Part shown: one piece after another, positions 17,883 through 25,822 of the stretch
Layout: every line of letters begins with the position of its first letter
Position numbering within the stretch: position 1 is the first letter of the stretch
Virus record (IMG/VR): IMGVR_UViG_3300049855_000194
Location: 1 to 51,109 of that record
Length of the DNA stretch: 51,109 nucleotides
From: a virus
Lineage: Duplodnaviria > Caudoviricetes
Reading direction: 5' to 3' (one strand)
Translations under genes and position numbers: made by a program
Notes under the pieces: generated by a model
Database searches by the model: none
Told to the model about the DNA's origin: nothing
The model's input: only the letters and a program-made list of their open reading frames with translations

Positions 17883-18373
17883 GGGGAAACTTCAGGCTCG
17901 GAATCAGAGATTCCAATAACAACCTGATGATTCTTCAACCAAAAGGGAGGTACATTCTTTCGATATACCTTCCTACCTACGAGATTTTCGCTGTATCGCC
18001 TACGTTCAGTATCCGGATTAAGTGGATACGTAAACTCTGCTCTAGGAAATAAATGCTGAAACTCGCGAACAGCATTTACCATGTTGTGGCTTCTATATTG
18101 TGTATGGTGAAGCGTATTTTGCTTCACCATCTCACATTCTAGGAGTCCGATCATCCATTCAAGATTGTAGGAACTTTGTACACACCATTGCCACCAGAAT
18201 ATATTCGATTCTTCTTTAGCTGGTGTGAAATCTCGGTGAGATTCACACGCTGTCATCTGCACAGCAGTGGAAAGAATGGTGGATATTTCTGGGATGATAC
18301 TGATCTCATCTCCAATCCATTTGCTTGTTGTATAAGCACAAGGGGATAGGAAATAAATCATCTCAACCACCAT
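17879..18373 (-). CDS. Divergent pyrimidine-dimer DNA glycosylase (DenV)-like protein
   Basis: IYFLSPC...EISTILSTA...WCVQSSYNLEW...PPFWL follows that family's layout. Confidence 0.4.
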   Translation of the reverse strand: MVVEMIYFLSPCAYTTSKWIGDEISIIPEISTILSTAVQMTACESHRDFTPAKEESNIFWWQWCVQSSYNLEWMIGLLECEMVKQNTLHHTQYRSHNMVNAVREFQHLFPRAEFTYPLNPDTERRRYSENLVGRKVYRKNVPPFWLKNHQVVIGISDSEPEVSP

Positions 18374-18641
18374 CAGAATCTAGATCATTAGCTAGCGTAA
18401 TGATAACTTCGCATGGTTGGAACCTCTCAGGATCTCCTAGATTCTGCGTTACTGCGGTGTTATCAAACACAGTGCCTTCACCTTCATACTGATATAACGG
18501 CGCATCTTCCATAAAGAAGGTACCGCCATTGCGAATGTTGACAAGGTTTCCGATGTCTACATCTAGGGAAGTAGCGATGTAGATTTCCTCTCCATCGCGT
18601 ACCTTTGCGTCCCTATAGTGTTTTCCGATAATGAATCTCAT
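18363..18641 (-). CDS. Hypothetical protein
   Basis: Coupled ORF. Confidence 0.6.
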   Translation of the reverse strand: MRFIIGKHYRDAKVRDGEEIYIATSLDVDIGNLVNIRNGGTFFMEDAPLYQYEGEGTVFDNTAVTQNLGDPERFQPCEVIITLANDLDSDGG

Positions 18642-19212
18642 GCTTGTACTTTCTACGGATGGTGTTTCCGATTTTTGACAAGGGGTTGCTTATGATCTGA
18701 TACTTAGAGATGAAGTCCTTCCATCCCTTAGTATTTGTTGTATGTTTGTACTTCGTTCCGTAGCCAATGTAGTAAGCGAAGCGGGCTAAGGCGTCCGCAG
18801 AGTTGGGGGGGCTATCTAGTGTCTGACCACCAAGGATGAGAGACTTATAATTCATCTCAAGATTGATGATCAAGCACACCTTAGAACGCATATCCCACAG
18901 ATGCTTCTTATTAGTATTCTTAGCGAAGTCAAATAAGATGTCGTTGCAACGGGTGAATTCATTGTACCACCATAACTTATTGTCAGCGATGAAGAAATGC
19001 TCTGACTTAACTTGGCAGTTAATAACTATGCTACCATTGCGTCCGACCCATACAGTATCAGGTTCAGTGATTGTGTCGGAGTGTGTAATCTCATATTTTG
19101 TGCCGGTAAAGTGTGTCAGATTACCGACAAAGTCCCGCATCTTATCGTAATCACGAAATATGAACATCCTACCCATCGTGGTTACGTAATAGGTTTTAAT
19201 TTTACTACTCAT
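18613..19212 (-). CDS. Hypothetical protein
   Basis: 199-aa ORF. Confidence 0.65.
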   Translation of the reverse strand: MSSKIKTYYVTTMGRMFIFRDYDKMRDFVGNLTHFTGTKYEITHSDTITEPDTVWVGRNGSIVINCQVKSEHFFIADNKLWWYNEFTRCNDILFDFAKNTNKKHLWDMRSKVCLIINLEMNYKSLILGGQTLDSPPNSADALARFAYYIGYGTKYKHTTNTKGWKDFISKYQIISNPLSKIGNTIRRKYKHEIHYRKTL

Positions 19213-19389
19213 TGTCTACCTTGCTTTCTGTGGATTTTCTTCCATCGTTTCTTTTCGCGTGATTTGGCTACTTTTTCTCTAGCCATTGGTTGGTTTTGTA
19301 ATAGGTAGTACGAGGCTATGCTTGGTGAATGATGGTAGGGGGTACAAAATTAACTACAGGTAATGCTACCCAACGTGGTTTGGAAATTG

Positions 19390-19426
19390 GAAGAAGATGC
19401 TTCAGAGTATAATCAGCATCTTCTTC
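19390..19426. terminator. 12-bp inverted repeat just after the stop of 19434-19754
   Basis: gaagaagatgct / agcatcttcttc. Confidence 0.4.
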
Positions 19427-19433
19427 TGAAGTG

Positions 19434-19754
19434 TTAGAAGTCTGATTTAACATCTCTACGTGCCTTAGCAATCTCAGCAGTGGACATATCGGCTGAAACC
19501 TTGCGCGGCTTCTCTACAATCATACTACCAACAGTTACACCTGGATCGATAGACTTCTTCTTACGCTTCTTAACAACCCTCAGCTTACCGCCTACAACGC
19601 GAATACCTAGCGGAGTATCGCGTTGTATATGGGGATTACTCTTCCCCCATTCTTTAAGGGCACGCATATGACATGCGCGACCGGTGAAGTGGGCGCCGTT
19701 GACAACGTAGCACGTAACGCGCTTGCCGTTGAACTTCCATTGGTAACGTTCCAT
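19434..19754 (-). CDS. Basic hypothetical protein
   Basis: K/R-rich 106-aa ORF with AGAAGG upstream. Confidence 0.6.
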   Translation of the reverse strand: MERYQWKFNGKRVTCYVVNGAHFTGRACHMRALKEWGKSNPHIQRDTPLGIRVVGGKLRVVKKRKKKSIDPGVTVGSMIVEKPRKVSADMSTAEIAKARRDVKSDF

Positions 19755-19758
19755 GATT

Positions 19759-20223
19759 CTAGCCTTCTTTTGTATAGACTGAGATCAGTCTTTGTTTGTA
19801 GACGGCCGCATTTCCTGTGTAATAACAGGGGCGCCATCCGGTAGGGGTTTCATAAAATTTAATATCTTTAACCATGCGTCCAGCCATTAGTGTATGTAGA
19901 GCGATTCTGCTAATCACACGACTTTCAAATCGGACGCCGAACTTCTTATCGCTTACGGCTAATACAATTTGTACTTCGTTAGCGTACTTCGTACCTGTGA
20001 AGTACCTAGATTTATCTTCATATCGGTAGAAGCTGCCATATTTTGTATGGCATTCAACAATCGCGTCATCCTTAGCTGCTACACTGAAGAATCTATCGTC
20101 AGGCGTCCTCAACGCATAGTGCGGAGGATTCCACCAGACAACCTGCGGAGGGTTATCCCATTCAGGTTTGAAGTCTATAAAGAAGATGTTCTTTTTGTGG
20201 ATGATGTCGCAGTCAATTTGCAT
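19759..20223 (-). CDS. Hypothetical protein
   Basis: 154-aa ORF. Confidence 0.6.
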   Translation of the reverse strand: MQIDCDIIHKKNIFFIDFKPEWDNPPQVVWWNPPHYALRTPDDRFFSVAAKDDAIVECHTKYGSFYRYEDKSRYFTGTKYANEVQIVLAVSDKKFGVRFESRVISRIALHTLMAGRMVKDIKFYETPTGWRPCYYTGNAAVYKQRLISVYTKEG

Positions 20224-20378
20224 AGTATTTTCAACGCTTTCTTGTGTTGGTCTATGTGTTCGTGATCGATGAATTTGGATGCTAGAACTGTCTTACTTTT
20301 CTTAGACAGCATTACGAAGTCTGATAGCTGTTCTTCTGGAGATAGAGGATGACTGTAATGTACTTTGTAGAGGTTCAT
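20175..20378 (-). CDS. Hypothetical protein
   Basis: ATGA-coupled 67-aa ORF. Confidence 0.5.
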   Translation of the reverse strand: MNLYKVHYSHPLSPEEQLSDFVMLSKKSKTVLASKFIDHEHIDQHKKALKILCKLTATSSTKRTSSL

Positions 20379-20737
20379 GGCTTTAAGCTATATCTCATAG
20401 CTACCTCTTCGAGCGCTATTTTCCAATTTTCTACATTACTACCGTCATGGGTTCGTTGAAGGTCTAATAGAAATTCGTAGGTTGTATCTCCCTCTTCTAC
20501 AGCTACTCCAGACTTTACAAGCATTGGAAGTGCATTAGCTAGAGAACCCTCCATAGAAGGATGGTAGAATTCATCTTTGATGAGACAACCTACTGCACAT
20601 TTGCGTCCATCATTGTCACGATATTTACAGGCTTCATAGGGTTCGCCAGTCCATAAAGATGGACGTATAATTACAGAACGAGCATTCTGCTTCAGCATGT
20701 GCTCCTTAACGGTATCGTAAATTTCCTGTGTGTTCAT
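20375..20737 (-). CDS. Phage hypothetical protein (start corrected to MNTQEIYD)
   Basis: CKYR...GRKCAVGCLI...LQRTHD motif; ATGA overlap with the upstream 59-aa ORF. Confidence 0.7.
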   Translation of the reverse strand: MNTQEIYDTVKEHMLKQNARSVIIRPSLWTGEPYEACKYRDNDGRKCAVGCLIKDEFYHPSMEGSLANALPMLVKSGVAVEEGDTTYEFLLDLQRTHDGSNVENWKIALEEVAMRYSLKP

Positions 20738-20913
20738 ACTGGATATACCTTGTATATGGTGTAGATGCATATGATTGACATCCCTACAGTCATTGTAAGG
20801 ATTGTGAATGTTTCTACTTTTGTGAAGTAGGTGAACCTCGTGCGATATGAGAGGTAGAGTAGCATAAGCGTCCATAATGTTAGCAGTATTGTGGAGCCGA
20901 TTAGAAAGTTCAT
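20734..20913 (-). CDS. 59-aa membrane protein with two hydrophobic segments, not in the ORF track
   Basis: MNFLIGSTILLTLWTLMLLYL...; GAAAGGA Shine-Dalgarno. Confidence 0.6.
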   Translation of the reverse strand: MNFLIGSTILLTLWTLMLLYLSYRTRFTYFTKVETFTILTMTVGMSIICIYTIYKVYPV

Positions 20914-20938
20914 TTGTTTATCCTTTCTAGGATATGGG

Positions 20939-20991
20939 TTTGACCATATGACGTAGCAGGTTTGTTAAGTCTGCTACGTCATATGGTCAAA
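20939..20991. repeat. Perfect 21-bp inverted repeat
   Basis: tttgaccatatgacgtagcag - 11 nt - ctgctacgtcatatggtcaaa. Confidence 0.9.
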
Positions 20992-21244
20992 GCTGCCTCA
21001 TACTTCCGTGCACATAGTTAAGTTCTAGGCATAGGGCCTGAAAGAAATCATTGAACTGCAGCTTAGGACAAAGACCAATATTCCAATTTTCAAGTGTTTT
21101 ATAAGCAATGCAAGTATAATCCTCAGATGAAAGGAAGGCACCAGACTTCTTATCAATTTCCTTCATATATTGTGCATAGCAGAGTACCAGCATTGCAACG
21201 CGAATGTTAGTCTTGCCGTTAGAGATGGAAAGAGGATCATTCAT
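20987..21244 (-). CDS. Hypothetical protein
   Basis: ATGA-coupled ORF. Confidence 0.55.
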   Translation of the reverse strand: MNDPLSISNGKTNIRVAMLVLCYAQYMKEIDKKSGAFLSSEDYTCIAYKTLENWNIGLCPKLQFNDFFQALCLELNYVHGSMRQL

Positions 21245-21453
21245 ACTTTAAATCTTTCATCGATAGCACGCATAGCTGCGCCGACGGTGGGGAAGAACTT
21301 CGATACAGCGTATGTATCGAAGTTGAAACGTACATACCACCAAGACTCTACAAACTTACCTCGCTTGCTATTATAGGTGCTAGATAGGATTTTATGTCCT
21401 TTATGGTGGATTAACTGCAACGTAAGTGGAGAGGAGTTGGCAGGATTCGACAA
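21241..21453 (-). CDS. Hypothetical protein
   Basis: 70-aa ORF; start uncertain. Confidence 0.45.
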   Translation of the reverse strand: MSNPANSSPLTLQLIHHKGHKILSSTYNSKRGKFVESWWYVRFNFDTYAVSKFFPTVGAAMRAIDERFKV

Positions 21454-21528
21454 GCATTTTAGGTAGATGTTTGTCGGTTAGACAGCTTGCTGCAATGAAT
21501 GGATCGGCGTCCAAGATGAAGATGTTCA

Positions 21529-21909
21529 TTATTTATCCTTCGGCGGGTAATTCTGCTTCAATGTTTCCAGCTCATCAATAATAATTTGAAAATGCCCATG
21601 GTTAAACTTAGATTCCATCGTCTTCCATCTTCCATTAGTGGACGCAACAGAATTTTCTTCACACGCGGGTGGGGAAGATGGTGTGGAAATTTTGAAATCT
21701 TTGCAAAATTTTGCTAAAGATGGATAACCTTCGTATGTTACTGCTTTTATTACTTTTGCTTTGCTGCGGTAGATCCAATCCGCTACCTGTGGATAATCCT
21801 CTTCACTAATAAATGAGGCTTTATTATGATCAGAATGGAAAGATAATTCCCCTTTCTCATTCGTGCTGTAATAACCTTTCTCGGTTAGAATAACCGTTTG
21901 TTTAGACAT
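21529..21909 (-). CDS. Hypothetical protein
   Basis: 126-aa ORF with GGAG upstream. Confidence 0.6.
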   Translation of the reverse strand: MSKQTVILTEKGYYSTNEKGELSFHSDHNKASFISEEDYPQVADWIYRSKAKVIKAVTYEGYPSLAKFCKDFKISTPSSPPACEENSVASTNGRWKTMESKFNHGHFQIIIDELETLKQNYPPKDK

Positions 21910-22515
21910 GATTCGGACTCCGGTAAGGGTTTTGAAAAAGTTGCGAAGTATAGCACTTCGTTTTGCTTTGCAATTTGTTTGTTGCTTAAGATGTTGTGGA
22001 TTTTTTCTTGGGGAAATGGGAATGCAAGGTGTTTGTTTATACGAGGCTGTAGATGTGTGAGTATTGGCGAAGTTTTAGAGGCTGGCTTGCTACTTAGGAG
22101 TCCGTAACGTGTTTACTATTTCAGACCTTAAGCCGCGGCGCGCCGTATGCTCCGATTTATCTTGTAAACCCATACATAATATATAGAGGGGTATATATTA
22201 AGGTTGTGTTAAGAAGAAGAAGAAGAAAAAAGAGAAGGTTTTACAATATAAAAATTAACATACAGAGAAGGAACCCTCCACCCCCTGAAATAGGAATGAC
22301 CCATTGCCCCTTCGCTAGAAAACACATTGTGGACGCAACTGCAAACGTCGCAAACATCATCCACATCACAAACAATTTAAACGGCGTGGACGCAATCGCA
22401 TAAACTCCTCCATTGCTATAATCGTTTGCATGGTGAGAGGAGCATACGATTGCGTCCACAACGTTGAAATCTCGTCGTGGCGCTGGAAATTTTTCGACAA
22501 GTCTGCTAGTAAAAC

Positions 22516-22740
22516 CTACTCAAAACGTGTCCAATCTGGTGTGAAATCATGGTACTTCCTGGCGATTACCATAGCTTTATCGGACGGGAATTGTGAATTG
22601 TGTGCTTTGTAGTGCTTTCCTTTCGGGCGTCCACGATGTTTTGTCTGTAGCGTTTTACGCTCTGGCTTTTGTTTGTTGTGTAGTTTGTGAGCTTGTCGGG
22701 GTGTAAGTTTGGCGTCCGCGATGAGTCGGAATTGTGCCAT
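22516..22740 (-). CDS. Basic hypothetical protein (RGRPK AT-hook-like motif)
   Basis: 74 aa, HRGRPKGK. Confidence 0.5.
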   Translation of the reverse strand: MAQFRLIADAKLTPRQAHKLHNKQKPERKTLQTKHRGRPKGKHYKAHNSQFPSDKAMVIARKYHDFTPDWTRFE

Positions 22741-23038
22741 GATTAGATGTTTCCACGGATTCCCCTAGCGAAGGCTAGGATTATCAGGAGGGAGAGGATA
22801 TAGATAGCGAGGTACAGCATGCTTAGACCATCTCCACGACGTGGACGCCATCGGCTTCAATCGCTTGGCGTATGCGTTGCCAAGTTGCGTATGAGATTGT
22901 GCCGACGCGGTGAATGTGGGTGATGTGCCGGGTGATGGCATTACGAACTATAAGCATTGTGGACTCCTGGTGTTGTGTGGTTGGCTATCAATTCAACGCT
23001 ATAAGTTGTTAGGTTATAGCGTTGTCAGATGGTCAATC

Positions 23039-23449
23039 TTAGGCAGCAATGCTTGCAGGCTTACGCTTAGCGAGGATGTCTCGGACTTCTGCGGTCAGCT
23101 TGGTCAATTGCTTCAACTTGCTATTGGTCACTGCATCAATGCATGCAGCATCAATCGTATCATCTTCGTCAATGCAGGTTCCCGCTACCTTCGTGAGATT
23201 AGCCAGCGACTGTTCAACAGTGTTGCAGTAGTCTGCAACCTTGCGAATGCTAACGAGTTGCGACTTGTCAGCTTCCTTTAGAAACTGAGTACCGAGACGC
23301 TTGCGCGCTTGTTCTTGTTGCTTTTCGGTACGTTCACCGGGTTGCAGCACGATGGCGATTGAAGCCATAAGGACGCCAGCCTTGAGTACCTTTACAGCCT
23401 TGGCGTTGTAGTTCTTGGCGGCATTGGTCAGATTGAGAGTCTGAGTCAT
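23039..23449 (-). CDS. Hypothetical early protein (likely start MTQTLN)
   Basis: GAAAGG upstream; GC-rich codons; first substantial gene of the minus arm. Confidence 0.6.
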   Translation of the reverse strand: MTQTLNLTNAAKNYNAKAVKVLKAGVLMASIAIVLQPGERTEKQQEQARKRLGTQFLKEADKSQLVSIRKVADYCNTVEQSLANLTKVAGTCIDEDDTIDAACIDAVTNSKLKQLTKLTAEVRDILAKRKPASIAA

Positions 23450-24347
23450 GATAAAGCCCTTTCTTGGACTTGTGCTATTGCTTAATTGCAATGCATTTGC
23501 TGCCCATTTGTAGGATGGGCAGACGTTGCATAACAAGTATGCAGCTTCCCTATATGTAGCGTAGGGAGTCAAACGTTGTGGACGCATAAACATGCACCGC
23601 AACTACTCGCTCGGGGTTGTCCATATAGACCCGTTCCAGCATCGCTGGCGTTACCTTACCTCTTACTTAGATGTAAACTACTGACATCACCATTCCTACG
23701 CTGTCAAGCGTCACCTCGCTACCCATCGTAGTAGCGCATGGAATGGTGGTAGTATGACCGTTAGCCTTGCTCGCATGCTGGCATTACTGGCAGTCTGTAA
23801 GCGTCTGAGGTGGCATGCATAGCACTCTGGCATGCAGTGTGCTATATGTCTATTACTCTTGTTCCCCTTGTTAGTGAGCGTTAGCTAACCTTGTCCACCC
23901 CTATGTAGATAGGTCCTACTGCACGGCAGTGCCGATGCTGTAGGCTTGTCTGCGGGATGTCCCTAGTGCATGCGCTCTATGTCATGCGCCCTAGGTTGCT
24001 GGCTAGCCTCACTCACTCTATAGTTGTCAACATGCCATCGCTGGCATGTGTGTAGTCTCATCATCGGGGAGCTAGGTGCAAGCGCATTCCCTGCACGTTG
24101 TGGACGCATGCTCTAGTGTATCACACGCAGTGAGCTAGCTAGCGTGTCAACTACTTGACCGGGGGAGGGTATGCTAGCGTGTGACACAGCGCCGCGGCAA
24201 AAGGGTACGAAACTTTGTGGACGCCAACCCAATACAATTATACTACGCACCCTAGCACACGTCGTACACATTGCAAACATCCCCTCTTCTCCTCCCAGCT
24301 TACAATTATACTACCTAACCTCATAAACACATCAAACAACAAACACC

Positions 24348-24375
24348 TTGACTCCCCTAAATCTAATCATAAAAT
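24348..24375 (+). promoter_or_regulatory. Promoter TTGACT-N16-TAAAAT for the accessory virion module
   Basis: In-frame GTG 8 nt after the -10 box. Confidence 0.7.
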
Positions 24376-24383
24376 ACAATTAC

Positions 24384-24848
24384 GTGTCAGAGTATTATCT
24401 AAACAAATCAACAAAGCTAAAGCTCGTATTGCAAGGTGACGGCACCTACGCAATAGGAGTCAGCGTCTATTCTCCACCAGGAGGTGGCGTGGATACATTC
24501 ATCTACTTGAATGAGAAAACAAAGCTAAAGCTAGTTGATCTAGGAGATGGCACATTTGCCGTTGCAACTAGCGGCAGTGGCGGAGGTGGCGGATCACCCA
24601 CTGGTTCAGCTGGCGGAGATCTTGGCGGTACATATCCAAATCCGTCCGTTAAGCACGTTACTGCGGAAGATAAAGTAATAACTTACAACGGTGACGGCAC
24701 GATTAACGTGATTACTGATTCGCTTGGCACAAAGACTTTCACCTATAACGGTAATGGAACAATTGCGTCCATTATTGGCACAGGTATTTACCAAACAAAA
24801 ACATTCGTCTATGACGGATCAAATAGGATTTCAGAAATAAATGTCTAA
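24384..24848 (+). CDS. Virion/fibre-associated protein with internal repeats (start corrected to GTG 24384)
   Basis: Duplicated YLNxxTKLKLVxxGDGT, GGDLGGTYPNP fibre motif, three (T/V)Y(N/D)G repeats. Confidence 0.6.
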   Translation: MSEYYLNKSTKLKLVLQGDGTYAIGVSVYSPPGGGVDTFIYLNEKTKLKLVDLGDGTFAVATSGSGGGGGSPTGSAGGDLGGTYPNPSVKHVTAEDKVITYNGDGTINVITDSLGTKTFTYNGNGTIASIIGTGIYQTKTFVYDGSNRISEINV

Positions 24849-25197
24849 AACTATCACGGCGCAGACGCCTGACTTTCCCATTCCTGCTGGGCATGCATTG
24901 CGTGTATGGCACTTTGTGGACGCAGACGGGACGGAGGAATGCAGCAGCTTCGATATGACTGCATACGATGAATGCTCCATTCTCTTCGCTCCTGCTGAAG
25001 ATGGACAGAATCTAGTCAACGTTAGCATCGTAGGCGGATTCACACCCGCTCAGAGCAATGATGTGCTAGATCAACATGGACGTCCGATTGTTGTAGGCGA
25101 TGGCATCTATAACGTAGGGTCAATGGTTCGTTATCTTCGTCCTGTCCGCGCAGTTGGATCAGGGTCTGTCTATCTCTATGCTTTCCGTAAAGCTTAA
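24841..25197 (+). CDS. Hypothetical beta-rich protein
   Basis: Coupled ORF. Confidence 0.6.
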   Translation: MSKTITAQTPDFPIPAGHALRVWHFVDADGTEECSSFDMTAYDECSILFAPAEDGQNLVNVSIVGGFTPAQSNDVLDQHGRPIVVGDGIYNVGSMVRYLRPVRAVGSGSVYLYAFRKA

Positions 25198-25222
25198 GCA
25201 AGGTAATTAAGAAAGTCTAATC

Positions 25223-25705
25223 ATGAGCAAACTATTTCCACTAACCTTGAAGAATATGCTTGTTGATCTTATTGAGCTAGATAAGAAGCTCGATAAGATT
25301 GATGATGCCGAGAATGTTGCCGCTGCCGCTGAGGCGCGCGCTCGTGCAGCTGGTAAAGCTGTTGAAGCTGCGAATGCGCGGTTGAGTGAGATTGCGCTGG
25401 AGTCCGCAGCTATGGTGAAGCGGTCAGAGAATAATGTGGCAGAAGCTGCGATGCTTGCTAAGCTAGCTATTGAGCAGCAACAGCAGATGGCTAAAGCAGA
25501 GACTGCAAAAGCTGTTAAAAGTAATCTCGACATTATCGCACAGCAGGAGCTTACCATTGTTGCACAAGGTGCTAAAGCTAAAGAGCTTTACGATTATTGC
25601 GCGCAGATGGAAGCTGTTAAAGTCGATAAGCAGAGTGAACTTTTGATGCTAGAAGAGAAGATCACTAAAGCTCGTGAGACAATCGCTACATTGCTAGGGA
25701 AGTAA
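25223..25705 (+). CDS. Coiled-coil hypothetical protein
   Basis: Ala/Glu/Lys-rich, 160 aa. Confidence 0.7.
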   Translation: MSKLFPLTLKNMLVDLIELDKKLDKIDDAENVAAAAEARARAAGKAVEAANARLSEIALESAAMVKRSENNVAEAAMLAKLAIEQQQQMAKAETAKAVKSNLDIIAQQELTIVAQGAKAKELYDYCAQMEAVKVDKQSELLMLEEKITKARETIATLLGK

Positions 25706-25708
25706 GTC

Positions 25709-25819
25709 ATGTCAGTCTCCTTCTCCAGTAACGTTGTAACCATCAGCGGCAGCACACGCGGCTCGCCCGACACTCTTGCCGGAATCAACGCTGCCATCGC
25801 TACCATCGCAGGACGCTAA
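25709..25819 (+). pseudogene. 36-aa relic, probably the N-terminus of a replaced fibre gene
   Basis: MSVSFSSNVVTISGSTRGSPDTLAGINAAIATIAGR; starts catgtcagtc like the next gene. Confidence 0.4.
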
Positions 25820-25822
25820 ACC

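Noticed and set aside
22206-22459. ORFs 22206-22403 and 22241-22459
   Set aside because: They derive from the AAG run and motif-rich low-complexity DNA; no support for translation
21638-24923. CRISPR mini-array
   Set aside because: The repeats are only 8-15 nt, irregularly spaced and in both orientations; no cas genes
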